Source of the DNA: an uncultured Fidelibacterota bacterium
GTDB taxonomy: Bacteria > Fidelibacterota > Marinisomatia > Marinisomatales > UBA1611
Assembly (NCBI GenBank): GCA_913040915.1
Contig: CAJWHW010000026.1
Coordinates: forward strand, 1-29,189
DNA length: 29,189 nt
Direction: 5' to 3'
Below the pieces are notes generated by a model, which worked only from the letters and a program-made list of their open reading frames with translations, was not told where the DNA came from and searched no databases. Positions 18,247 through 28,145 of the stretch are shown piece by piece. A program made the translations under genes and the position numbers. How positions within the stretch are numbered: position 1 is the stretch's first letter; each line of letters opens with the position of its first letter.

Positions 18247-21200
18247 TTAATCAAAATCAATTCTTACAAAAAAGTTAATTTCTCTAGGCGTTGATAGACG
18301 CCACGGCCTGTCATAATATGCACTGGATTTATTGGCAAATTTCCCCTGGCCACTTGGATCTGTACCCGGAAGTCCAACATAGTCTGTATAATATGTTCCA
18401 GGGTCATCTGGCTTACCTGTCATTGCGTAGACATCAACTGCATTTCGTATATCAAAAATATTGAAAATATTCAGCCCGATTGAGAACTTATGACCAACAG
18501 CCTGGAAATACTTTGAAAATGAAAGATTTACATTCTTGTAACCAGGCCCACGTTTTGAATTTCGGTTTCTTTCATCAGAAACAGGGTCACGGCCACGAAA
18601 GATGATTGGTGTATACGGATAGCCACTTTGATAAAATGCTGTTATGCCCGCCTGGATACCATAAGGCAAGAACGTATAGGCATAGTAAGTTAAATCATGA
18701 GGACGATCAAAATATGTGATTGTTTCCTGACTCGGTGCATCTACATATTGGCCGCTAATACTTGCCCAGGCATATTCACTATTTGCCTTAGCAATGGAAT
18801 AAGTATACTGTAGTTGCGAACCAAAAAATCGCCTGCGCCATTCCAAGGTGACATCAAATCCCTTGGCAGAACCATAGTCTCCATTTGTGGAAATCTGATA
18901 ACTGTAAACACCGGATCGTTCATGGGTATAGCGGGTCATTTGATCCATATCTCTGACCCATGCACCTAGAGAATATGCCCAACTTTCCCCAACCTGTACA
19001 TTGAAGGCAACCGAATAATCCTGTGTGCGCTCTGCTCCCATGGAAGCATTCCCAACTTGTCCTTCACCTTCTTCAAATAATTCTTCCGGGTTTTCAAGTC
19101 GGTTTGTGTTTAAATAAATATTTTGATACACTGGTGTCTGATAATAAAGGCCGTAGTTAAAAGTGAAGGTAGATTTATCGGTAATCACATGACTAAAACC
19201 GAGTCTTGGACTAATCTTATAAAACCATCCTGATTGTTCTAGAAAGACCTTTTGTCTCGGCAACCCTGCGATATTGGAATAATCTTCATCATTGTCCCAC
19301 TGGTTATTAGCATTCAGATCAGAATAAAAATAGGGCTGACCCGGACTGTATAGACCTAATGAATCCTGCAAAGGTGGCGGCACGCCCCAAATCTGTGTGT
19401 TATAGTTAACCATATCTATACGGATTCCATAATTGATTACCATCCAGGGTACTTCAAAAGTATTCTGCACATATGCTGAGAATTCCTCTGGCTCACGAAA
19501 CTCATCCCAACTACCATTATTGTTGGCATCCGTAAATGCTTCACCCTTATCCCAGCGACCATTTCCTTCACCTTCATCTGCTTCAGTATAACCATCATCG
19601 CCAAGAACTAAACCATCAGGGCCAGTATCTTCCCAATATTCTGCAAAAGTTTGAATAAATGCAGCAGCTCCAAGCCATGGATCCATTACTTCATAGAAAT
19701 TCAGCTTATGATATTTATAATCAATACCAGATCTAATTTTCCATTTATCAGTGATTTGGGAAGTTAAATCAAAACGAATTTCATCTGTAACCGAACGAGA
19801 ATCAGCATAAAAAGTATCGTGACCTCCAAATGCTCTGCCTTCATCCCAAGCAACACCACCCTGAGAAAGATTTGGCATATAATAATAAGGATTCGTTCCA
19901 CCAAAAAAGTTGCCCGAATTATACGGCACATTCCAAAATGAAGAACCCGGTACATTTTGATATCTTAATTCGATTGAGCTGTAATCATAAAACGGCTCGT
20001 AATCTTCATACATTTCAGGCTCGAGCCAATAATCACCATCTCGTTTAATCAGCGGTTTAACTAAACTTGGGCCATCCCAAATTCCATCATTGTCCGTATC
20101 ATCGAAAGATTCGCCAACGTCCCATACGCCATTTCCATTTTGGTCTTTAAAATCTTCAGCTAATTCCCAACTGTATAATCCTGGGTCTGCACCGTGATAC
20201 CATCCAGTACGCTCATCCACATTCGTATAGCGGATTGTATCACCATCCTCACCAATGCTATAGGGAATAACATTCTCATTTTCGGGATCTGAAATGTCTT
20301 TATATCCGGCAGGATGACGCCATTCAAACCAGTTTGGATACCCGTCTTTATCATTATCTCGCCAACGGACACCCTGGAATTGATCCTGAATGAACCTTGA
20401 AGTACGGATTGTATAAAATGTTCTTTGTGTGACAGAATGATTGACCTCAAAATTCCATCGATATGTATCTCGGAAAAGCTCATTACGTCCTTCGTCCCAA
20501 TAAAGATATCGCGGGTTAAATGATTGCCGATGATTACCAACCTGCCAGTAAGCAGCATGGAATCTTAGTTTATTAGTGAATTTATATGTTAATTTTGAAA
20601 ATACGTCCCATGTTTCAGTAAATCCAAATCCACGGAAACCGGCAACACTATCCCATGGGTATACAAGAGCTCTTTGGTTCTTTTCAATATTACCTGCATT
20701 TGCAATAAGGTCATCTTCAGTTCTGTAATAATAATCGCCATTATAGAGATTGAATATTTTATCATCAAATTCATAAACGCTGTAATTATCTTCCGTAGTA
20801 TATTGCCCTGAAATCCAGAATGATAATTTGGGTATACCTAATACGGGGCCACCAATTCCAATATTTAAATCATCGTATCCTCTAATGAGATCAAAGTTCT
20901 CCGTTTCACTTGTCTTTCCCAAAGCCGAATTAATTAAAGCTCCTACCTGACTGGTCTCAAATTTAATCTTATACTCAATCTCCTTTGCTCCTGAATTTGT
21001 ATGGTAATTTGATACTGCAGATTGGGCATCACCATATTCTGCATTAAAACCACCGGGCTGCCAATCAAACTCTTTCACAGCAAATAGATTTAGCCGAGTG
21101 CCCGATCCAATTGAACCAAAAATTGGATTTCGCAGATACATTCCATCCATCATATAAGCAATTTGTCCGGAGCGACCTCCCTTTACATGTATTTCTTCAA

Positions 21201-21711
21201 TGCCACGTTCTTCATGGTTTGGGACTGATTTAGTTCGGCTTTCAACTTTTACTACACCAGATTGCAAAGTATATAACTCTGTAAGGTCACGGATTGGAAG
21301 TGATTCGATCGCTTCCTTATCCACGGTAACTTTTTTTGATGTGTTTCCACGCTCAACTAAAGGACGGCTACCAAGGACTTCTACTTCCTGACCTTTAATT
21401 ACTTCTTCTTCTAATTTGAAATTTAGCCAAACAGTTTGATCCATCATGACATGAATTTCTAACTTAGTGGTTTTAGCATAACCAATCATTGTACAAACTA
21501 CATCATAGGTGCCAACTGGAATATTCAGGATAAGATAGTTCCCATCCATGTCAGTCGCCGCTCCAATATTAAGGTCTGGAATTATTACGTTAGCACCTGG
21601 GAGAGGCACGCCATCAACATCTGTAATTTTTCCACGTATTGTCCCATCGGTTCCGGCTATTAGGATAGATGCATAAAAAATTAATATGGTAATATATCTC
21701 AATGGAATCAT
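18247..21711 (-). CDS. TonB-dependent receptor with N-terminal carboxypeptidase-regulatory-like domain, 1154 aa
   Basis: GTIRGKITD...PLPGANV...GAATDMDGNYLILNIPVGTY; plug motifs IHVKGGRSGQIAYMMDG and GGFNAEYGDAQS; barrel motifs ISPRLGFSH, GDYGSAKGFD, NIFNIFDIRN, PREINFFVRIDFD. Confidence 0.92.
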   Translation of the reverse strand: MIPLRYITILIFYASILIAGTDGTIRGKITDVDGVPLPGANVIIPDLNIGAATDMDGNYLILNIPVGTYDVVCTMIGYAKTTKLEIHVMMDQTVWLNFKLEEEVIKGQEVEVLGSRPLVERGNTSKKVTVDKEAIESLPIRDLTELYTLQSGVVKVESRTKSVPNHEERGIEEIHVKGGRSGQIAYMMDGMYLRNPIFGSIGSGTRLNLFAVKEFDWQPGGFNAEYGDAQSAVSNYHTNSGAKEIEYKIKFETSQVGALINSALGKTSETENFDLIRGYDDLNIGIGGPVLGIPKLSFWISGQYTTEDNYSVYEFDDKIFNLYNGDYYYRTEDDLIANAGNIEKNQRALVYPWDSVAGFRGFGFTETWDVFSKLTYKFTNKLRFHAAYWQVGNHRQSFNPRYLYWDEGRNELFRDTYRWNFEVNHSVTQRTFYTIRTSRFIQDQFQGVRWRDNDKDGYPNWFEWRHPAGYKDISDPENENVIPYSIGEDGDTIRYTNVDERTGWYHGADPGLYSWELAEDFKDQNGNGVWDVGESFDDTDNDGIWDGPSLVKPLIKRDGDYWLEPEMYEDYEPFYDYSSIELRYQNVPGSSFWNVPYNSGNFFGGTNPYYYMPNLSQGGVAWDEGRAFGGHDTFYADSRSVTDEIRFDLTSQITDKWKIRSGIDYKYHKLNFYEVMDPWLGAAAFIQTFAEYWEDTGPDGLVLGDDGYTEADEGEGNGRWDKGEAFTDANNNGSWDEFREPEEFSAYVQNTFEVPWMVINYGIRIDMVNYNTQIWGVPPPLQDSLGLYSPGQPYFYSDLNANNQWDNDEDYSNIAGLPRQKVFLEQSGWFYKISPRLGFSHVITDKSTFTFNYGLYYQTPVYQNIYLNTNRLENPEELFEEGEGQVGNASMGAERTQDYSVAFNVQVGESWAYSLGAWVRDMDQMTRYTHERSGVYSYQISTNGDYGSAKGFDVTLEWRRRFFGSQLQYTYSIAKANSEYAWASISGQYVDAPSQETITYFDRPHDLTYYAYTFLPYGIQAGITAFYQSGYPYTPIIFRGRDPVSDERNRNSKRGPGYKNVNLSFSKYFQAVGHKFSIGLNIFNIFDIRNAVDVYAMTGKPDDPGTYYTDYVGLPGTDPSGQGKFANKSSAYYDRPWRLSTPREINFFVRIDFD

Positions 21712-23978
21712 TGGTTCAGCTCCATTAAATCGAGTGTTTGAATCCCCTTTTGAGCACTGATACGGAGAGGCTCATAGTCAAAATCAGGGTGATTACCAAT
21801 ATCACGCAATTCAATTGTATTTACTGGATGGGTTAATTTTCGAAAAACACCAGCTGATTCTATTTTGTCAATCGATGTTAATTCTATTCTATTTAAACCA
21901 ACCCAAGCTTCATTATTCTCATCTGGTTCACCGTTATCTGTGAAATCTTCATTATATGGATTTTCAGTCCAGCGGATATGGATCTCACTTTTGACTAACC
22001 CTTTATTCTTAACTAGCCATGATTCCGTACGCTCACCATACTCTACACCAGTACCTATCATTGTCATGGTAGTAATCTGGGTTACTTTAAAACACTCTGT
22101 AAAAGTTGTATCTGCTGGAGGACACTCTTCGCTATTATTTACAATTTCATCGGTAGCTAGACATTGATAATTTCCATCATCTGTAGCATTGAAACTTATT
22201 CTTGCAGCTGGTACAGTAACAGTATCAGATTCTACATTATAACTTTTTTGAATGTAATAGACAGCAATACCGGTGGTATCATAGTATGCTGTATCCACCT
22301 GCTCACCATCACGCAAATTACCGCCAGATGTGTAATATAGCACTTCGCTTTGCAAATCAGGTTTATGCCAAAAACCATTTTGTATTTCCTTTGGAGCAAA
22401 ATAGAAACCAACCGGAAGAAAATATGATGGATAAACAACTTGGTTTAAATGGTTTGGCTCATGAAAAATATGATAGTTGTAGTTTCGTTCGATTGTACTA
22501 CCACTTTTGCGGTACCATTCAGACTTTGTTATATAATAATCATCTGCAGATATGGAAGAACCATTTATGTGACCAATTTTTTTGCGTGTATAAAGTGTTA
22601 CCAGTGAGTCTATATCATCCACATATTGCTGTTTTAAATCATTAAAATCAACTGTCCCTATTAAGTTATTATATTCATTGCCCCAACGATCGATTATATC
22701 ATCTCCTACTTCAACTTCTAAAAGAACTTTAGGATCTTCAGTGTCAGTGTAATCTACAATAAGGTTATTGGGTTTATCGCCAATAAGATATAGGTACTTT
22801 TCAGATGTACCATCTCCATCAGAATCTTTCATCGTATATTCTTCTTCTAAATCAAAGATCTTGTTTCCTCGATCACAAAACCCACCATCAGTATCTACTA
22901 AATAATTTCCGATTCCATCACAATCTGAAGCAGAATTCACACGCGGTTCAGCATTATCCCAGATTTGATTGCAATTGCGGTCCTGATAAGGCTCGCTTAT
23001 GTTGTATACTTGGTCAGCATTAATATCATAATAAGGTTCAGCTCGATCCCAAATACCATTACCCCTATCAATGAACTCATAGGCAATCGATATGATATCA
23101 TTTCCATCATAATCCTGGATAAGACTATCACCTTCGTCATATTCTCCATTATTATTGTTATCTTTATATTCATATAATGCTTCATATTTACCATCACCGT
23201 TAAAGTCTGTCAAAGTAGTCTCACCCTCATCCCATGTACCATTATCATTGCAATCTGTATTAATTCGAAATACGAGCGAATCCGCACTAAGCTCTTGTTT
23301 TTCAAATTCGAAATTTGAAACGAATCGAATTTGATTATCATTTAAAAAGACATAATTGGTATCAAGCCATTCTGAAGAATCAACAAACAATAAACCTTGA
23401 TCAATAAACGGAGTATCTACAACGGCTCGGTAGGCACTTACATCAAATGTATCTGAGTAATAAAGTGTTGTATCAGCCTGGATCCAATCAGAGTTTACCA
23501 ATTTATAACGTTGCAGTGATGGATCTGCTAAAAGATCCCATTCTAATTTTTCAAGATTTTTAAAAGAAGTAGATACCATTAGTAAAGAATCAGAAACGAT
23601 GGAATCTTTCACTGAAAGTGAATCAATAGAATATCGGCGAGTAAATTCATTTTTATCCGATGGAGTCATTGAAAGAAGATAATTATTAAAGGTTTTGAAC
23701 TCCATCTCAGGAGGAGTTTCACCCCGCTGGTTATAATATTCTAAATAAGTATTATACCCAGCCATTAAACTAGGATCATAACGAAAAAAGTTAGCATTTA
23801 TCTCGTCTTCGAAATTATAAAAATAGTCTGATATCGAACCGGAAGCACCTGGTAGATCTTCATTCAAAGTATTTCTCAATGAAGTTTGATTATTTGAAGC
23901 TTCCGTTGAAATCTCTTCTTCACAACCAAATTGGGATAAACTAATAGCTAATAAAAAGAGAGAAAGTTGTTTATTCAT
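21708..23978 (-). CDS. Putative surface lipoprotein with DxNxNGxWD/DxDxDG calcium-binding-like repeats, 756 aa
   Basis: MNKQLSLFLLAISLSQFG-C followed by acidic EEE; repeats DCNDNGTWDEGE, DNNNNGEYDEGD, DRGNGIWDRAEP, DRNCNQIWDNAEP; ATGA overlap with the receptor start. Confidence 0.75.
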   Translation of the reverse strand: MNKQLSLFLLAISLSQFGCEEEISTEASNNQTSLRNTLNEDLPGASGSISDYFYNFEDEINANFFRYDPSLMAGYNTYLEYYNQRGETPPEMEFKTFNNYLLSMTPSDKNEFTRRYSIDSLSVKDSIVSDSLLMVSTSFKNLEKLEWDLLADPSLQRYKLVNSDWIQADTTLYYSDTFDVSAYRAVVDTPFIDQGLLFVDSSEWLDTNYVFLNDNQIRFVSNFEFEKQELSADSLVFRINTDCNDNGTWDEGETTLTDFNGDGKYEALYEYKDNNNNGEYDEGDSLIQDYDGNDIISIAYEFIDRGNGIWDRAEPYYDINADQVYNISEPYQDRNCNQIWDNAEPRVNSASDCDGIGNYLVDTDGGFCDRGNKIFDLEEEYTMKDSDGDGTSEKYLYLIGDKPNNLIVDYTDTEDPKVLLEVEVGDDIIDRWGNEYNNLIGTVDFNDLKQQYVDDIDSLVTLYTRKKIGHINGSSISADDYYITKSEWYRKSGSTIERNYNYHIFHEPNHLNQVVYPSYFLPVGFYFAPKEIQNGFWHKPDLQSEVLYYTSGGNLRDGEQVDTAYYDTTGIAVYYIQKSYNVESDTVTVPAARISFNATDDGNYQCLATDEIVNNSEECPPADTTFTECFKVTQITTMTMIGTGVEYGERTESWLVKNKGLVKSEIHIRWTENPYNEDFTDNGEPDENNEAWVGLNRIELTSIDKIESAGVFRKLTHPVNTIELRDIGNHPDFDYEPLRISAQKGIQTLDLMELNQ

Positions 23979-24283
23979 TTATAATTTGTTGAGTTTCAAC
24001 TAAAAATTGAATCGTCTAATTTAAGTAAGATTGTTAGTTATTTCGTTTTTTTTTTTAATCCATAACAATCAATGGCCTGATTAATGTGGAATATTTTGAT
24101 ATTGTACTTTTTATATCATTAACCTTTGCTTTTATAGTCTAAAATTGTTTTCTGCAAATATATTTTCTAGATTTTACTTTATAGAAATCAGATACAGAAA
24201 TAAGATAAAATTCAGAAAAATACCTTCTTTGAAATAAAAAACTTTTTAATTACCTGAATAAATTGATTAGTGTTGAATATCCT
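23979..24283 (-). promoter_or_regulatory. AT-rich intergenic region, probable promoter of the surface-protein cluster
   Basis: 305-bp gap, the largest in the window; candidate -10-like TAAATT at 24018-24023 (minus strand); T11 run at 24046-24056. Confidence 0.4.
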
Positions 24284-25432
24284 CTAGGCTGACTTTCGTT
24301 TAAGGCCACCCTTCAATAATGGTTCTTTACCATACAGGATAGTTTCTTTAGTAATTATCACCCGCTCCACGCCTTCCATTTCCGGCAGATCATACATAAT
24401 ATCTAGTAGATGCTCTTCCATTACCGACCGTAACGCTCTAGCTCCAGATTTATGTTTAATTGCAAGACTTACAATAGCCCTGAGAGCAGACTGCCTAAAT
24501 TCCAGCTCAATACCCTCCAGCATGAAAAGCTTTTCATACTGTTTCACTAAAGAATTTTTGGGCTCAAGTAATACCTTCATCAAATCATCTTCATTTAGAG
24601 TGTCAAGTGTACTTACTACCGGTAAGCGGCCCACCAGTTCAGGAATCATGCCATAAGCAATCAAATCTTCCTGGCGTACTTCTTTAAAAATAGTATTGGA
24701 ATCTTTTTTTGTTAATTTCTTTTTTGTACCAAATCCTAACTCGCCCTTTCCAATTCTTCTTGAGATAATTTCTTCTAACCCTGAAAACGAACCGCCGCAT
24801 ATAAATAAAATATTAGATGTATCAACAGAGATCAAACTTTGCTCAGGGTGTTTCCGACCTCCTTTTGGTGGTACATTGGCAATTGTACCTTCTAAGATTT
24901 TCAGTAGTGCTTGCTGAACACCTTCCCCGCTCACATCTCTGGTAATTGATGCACTTGCACCTTTTCGACCAATTTTATCTATTTCATCAATGTAAACTAT
25001 ACCTTTTTCAGCTGCAGCTATGTTATAGTTAGATACCTGAAGCAATCGCACCAAAATATTTTCTACATCTTCACCCACATACCCTGCTTCTGTAAGTGTT
25101 GTAGCATCTGCAATTGCAAATGGGACAGATAAAAACCGGGCCAAGGTTTGAGCAATTAAAGTTTTACCGGTGCCAGTTGATCCGACAAGGAGAATATTGC
25201 TTTTATCTAGTTCTACATCAGAATTATATACTTGATGAATAATCCTTTTGTAATGGTTATAAACTGCAACTGCTATAGCTTTTTTGGCATTATTTTGTCC
25301 AATAATGTGTGCATCAAGATTTGATTTTATTTTTGTAGGTTTTTGAAGTGAAACCTTAAAGCCATTTTTCTGTTTATCATCCTCGGCCTCGAGATTAATA
25401 AAGGGCTTTTTTCCTTTTTTTATTTTACTCAT
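24284..25432 (-). CDS. clpX: ATP-dependent Clp protease ATP-binding subunit ClpX lacking the N-terminal zinc-binding domain, 382 aa
   Basis: VAVYNHYKR, Walker A GSTGTGKT, pore-1 [10 protein letters not shown], Walker [21 protein letters not shown] loop, LGF loop, GARALR; synteny after clpP. Confidence 0.96.
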   Translation of the reverse strand: MSKIKKGKKPFINLEAEDDKQKNGFKVSLQKPTKIKSNLDAHIIGQNNAKKAIAVAVYNHYKRIIHQVYNSDVELDKSNILLVGSTGTGKTLIAQTLARFLSVPFAIADATTLTEAGYVGEDVENILVRLLQVSNYNIAAAEKGIVYIDEIDKIGRKGASASITRDVSGEGVQQALLKILEGTIANVPPKGGRKHPEQSLISVDTSNILFICGGSFSGLEEIISRRIGKGELGFGTKKKLTKKDSNTIFKEVRQEDLIAYGMIPELVGRLPVVSTLDTLNEDDLMKVLLEPKNSLVKQYEKLFMLEGIELEFRQSALRAIVSLAIKHKSGARALRSVMEEHLLDIMYDLPEMEGVERVIITKETILYGKEPLLKGGLKRKSA

Positions 25433-26037
25433 TTACGTACAGTTAAAATTGTATCAATAATACCATAGGCCTTTGCCTCTTTAGATGACATGAAATTATT
25501 CCGATCTGTATCTGCTTCTATTTTTTTGAGAGTCTGCTTTGTATTCTTTGCTAGAATTGTATTTAGCTGTCTTTTCATTCGAAGAATTTCATCTGCCTGG
25601 ATTTTAATATCAGTTGCCTGTCCTTCAGCACCTCCAAGTGGCTGATGAATCATAATCCGTGAATTTGGTAAAGCAGACCTTTTTCCCTTTGCACCGCCAG
25701 CTAATAAAAATGCCCCCATACTTGCTGCCTGTCCTAAGCAGATAGTTGCCACATCTGGTTTGATATATTGCATGGTATCATATATACCCATACCTGAAGT
25801 GATAATACCACCAGGTGAGTTGATGTAGAGATTAATATCTTTTTCCGAATCTTCCGCTTCAAGGAATAAAAGCTGAGCAATCACCAGTGATGCTATTGTA
25901 TCATCAATTGGTGTACCTAAAAAAACAATTCTTTCTTTTAATAACCTGGAGTATATATCAAAGGCTCTTTCCGATCGTCCCGTTTGTTCTACAACAATTG
26001 GGACCAGTTGACTTAATATTTTTTCATCAATGTTCAT
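25429..26037 (-). CDS. clpP: ATP-dependent Clp protease proteolytic subunit ClpP
   Basis: [40 protein letters not shown] (Ser), MIHQPLGG (His), DTDRNNFMS. Start is ATG 26037, or GTG 26049 as in the ORF track. Confidence 0.96.
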   Translation of the reverse strand: MNIDEKILSQLVPIVVEQTGRSERAFDIYSRLLKERIVFLGTPIDDTIASLVIAQLLFLEAEDSEKDINLYINSPGGIITSGMGIYDTMQYIKPDVATICLGQAASMGAFLLAGGAKGKRSALPNSRIMIHQPLGGAEGQATDIKIQADEILRMKRQLNTILAKNTKQTLKKIEADTDRNNFMSSKEAKAYGIIDTILTVRK

Positions 26038-27316
26038 GGTCTTGTTCACGTAAATCTTTTGTAAGTACTTCTACCTCTTTGACTTTAGCAAATTGTTTCA
26101 GGTAATCCAAGATTTTCTTTTCCTGTATATCATCTTCTACTCTTTGGCGGTTACTGGGTTTCTTATAGAACTTAATAATTTCTTTTTCAGATTGAGGTGA
26201 ACGATGCACTAAAGTTTTGATTTCAGCATCCACTTCTTCTTTTGATATGGAAATATTTTCTGATTCGATTATTTTATTCCGCAGTGAAAACCACTTTAGA
26301 TTCCTTTCAGCCGATGGTTTATAATGTTCCCGAACCTTAGATTCGTCCAAGGGCTCTCCCTTATTTTGTTTTTTCACATCTTCAACCAAATTGTTCATAT
26401 AATTCTCTACCATCGAAGGTGCAAAAGATGGATTTGCTAGTTCAATTAGAGAGTCTGATAAATCTCGATCAAATGCCTGCCGTGATCGTTCATTAAAATT
26501 GGATTCTATCTTTTTTTCTACATCCACCATTAATTCTTTCACTGATTTCAAATCCGGATTTACCAGTTTTAAAAAATCTTCAGTTACTTCAGGTAAAATT
26601 TCCCGTTCAATATTACTTACTGTTAATTCATAATCTCCATCTTCGCCTTCTTTGCTCACGGGTATTTTGATTCGAGTCTTTTCTCCAGTTTTGAGACCAA
26701 TTAGTTTATCTTTTTGATCATCAGTGAATGATCCTTTACCAACTCTCAGATATTGTTTTTCAAATTTTTTACCAATAATAGGGACGCCTGTTTCATCTAA
26801 TTTTTGTAAAGTACAGATAAGATAATCTCCTTCAACAGCACCATCCTCTACAGTGGTAATTGTTGCATGAGCTTTACGAAGTTGCATAATAGCATCTTCA
26901 ATATCATGCTCATCATGTCTGTAAACAGTCTTTTGAACTTTTAAGGAGTTTTTTTTCAATTTAGGTAAAATTACCTCCGGTTCAACTTCAAATTTCGCAT
27001 CAAAAGAAAAATGTTGTTTCATTTGAAATTGTACTTCACTGATCTCAGCTTTATTCACTGGAACTAATTTTTCTTGCTGGACGGCGAGTAAGTAGTATTT
27101 TTGAAAATTATTTTCCATGAACTCTGCCTCTATATTCGGTTGAAACTGTCTCAACAAACGATCCTTAGGAAGCTTACCTGACCGGAATCCGGGCATCTTT
27201 ACTTTTTTTCCAAATTTTTTAATGGATTTATCAAAATCTACTTTCAATTCATCCCATGGAATATCAATGGATAGTACCCGGGTATACTCATTGGTTTTTT
27301 TTACATCGACTTTCAC
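26027..27316 (-). CDS. tig: Trigger factor
   Basis: Ribosome-binding signature [15 protein letters not shown], typical length, tig-clpP-clpX synteny. Likely start is GTG 27316 with RBS AGGAG. Confidence 0.93.
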   Translation of the reverse strand: MKVDVKKTNEYTRVLSIDIPWDELKVDFDKSIKKFGKKVKMPGFRSGKLPKDRLLRQFQPNIEAEFMENNFQKYYLLAVQQEKLVPVNKAEISEVQFQMKQHFSFDAKFEVEPEVILPKLKKNSLKVQKTVYRHDEHDIEDAIMQLRKAHATITTVEDGAVEGDYLICTLQKLDETGVPIIGKKFEKQYLRVGKGSFTDDQKDKLIGLKTGEKTRIKIPVSKEGEDGDYELTVSNIEREILPEVTEDFLKLVNPDLKSVKELMVDVEKKIESNFNERSRQAFDRDLSDSLIELANPSFAPSMVENYMNNLVEDVKKQNKGEPLDESKVREHYKPSAERNLKWFSLRNKIIESENISISKEEVDAEIKTLVHRSPQSEKEIIKFYKKPSNRQRVEDDIQEKKILDYLKQFAKVKEVEVLTKDLREQDHEH

Positions 27317-27414
27317 GTTTTCTCCTGAAAAAATAGCGGGCGAATTTATGTGCAATTATTAATGGAGTTAAGAATTAAGATTATTTGCTACCAACTTAGG
27401 ATGAAGATGTTGAA

Positions 27415-28053
27415 CTAGAATACTGGTATCTCCATACCACCACGATACATCAAAACCATCCCCAGAATTTGGATCATATGAAATAAATCATTATGATTAA
27501 AATGTTGATGTAGGGAAATGCCACTCATCTGAATCCAGGATGCCACTAGACTCACCACCAATCCAATAGAACAAAACAAAGCTCCTAAATATCCTGTGGT
27601 TACATATGCGATTGAGAAACCAAAAAGGGAAACCACAATAAGCGGAAAATAAAATTTAACCGCCTGACCAAACGTGTCCTGTTTATTTATTTGGATAAAA
27701 TAAAAAATGAGCATTAGCGCTGCAATTATCATTAAAAGATTTTGTACCTTGTCATTGGTAAAAAATGTTAGAGCTGCCAGACTAAGAGACAAACCTGTTA
27801 CTCCCACAAATATTAATGTAGATCTCCAAATAATTTTTTTTAATAGTTCTGAGAAACGCGGTCCAAAACCGTGGCTTATACCGCCTAAAAGCCCGCCTAT
27901 CCCAACAGCAAAAAAACAATTGCCCCATAAAAAGTGAAATAGAGAATCTGGGATGTTAAATAATTGCCATCCAAAAGCCATTCCTAAAACACCAATAATA
28001 AAATCGGTGATAGCTGTAGTTGGCTCGTATAAATAGGGATGTTTTCCTGACAT
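27415..28053 (-). CDS. Multi-pass (about 7 TM) membrane protein of unknown function, 212 aa (DUF6962-like from recall)
   Basis: About seven hydrophobic segments; polar motifs EPTTAITD, GGISHGF, HFNHNDLFH; RBS-like GGAAGG. Confidence 0.65.
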   Translation of the reverse strand: MSGKHPYLYEPTTAITDFIIGVLGMAFGWQLFNIPDSLFHFLWGNCFFAVGIGGLLGGISHGFGPRFSELLKKIIWRSTLIFVGVTGLSLSLAALTFFTNDKVQNLLMIIAALMLIFYFIQINKQDTFGQAVKFYFPLIVVSLFGFSIAYVTTGYLGALFCSIGLVVSLVASWIQMSGISLHQHFNHNDLFHMIQILGMVLMYRGGMEIPVF

Positions 28054-28145
28054 AATTTAGCCTTCCATGTCCTTACATAAGAATCTCTTAAAAATTAAAT
28101 AAAATCACACATCCTAAAAATATCGTCTTGCGGTATATAGTTCAA

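Noticed and set aside
24097..24118. TGATAT-N10-ATATCA palindrome as a Fur-like operator
   Set aside because: Only 6-bp arms in very AT-rich DNA, and the spacing does not match a Fur box.
27317..27414. tRNA-Leu, often found upstream of tig
   Set aside because: No cloverleaf or GTTCRA T-loop on either strand.
3008..27937. Remaining 60-132 aa ORFs in the track, including 20160-20558 and 22286-22645
   Set aside because: Nested in or overlapping long, well-supported genes, with no motifs or signal features.
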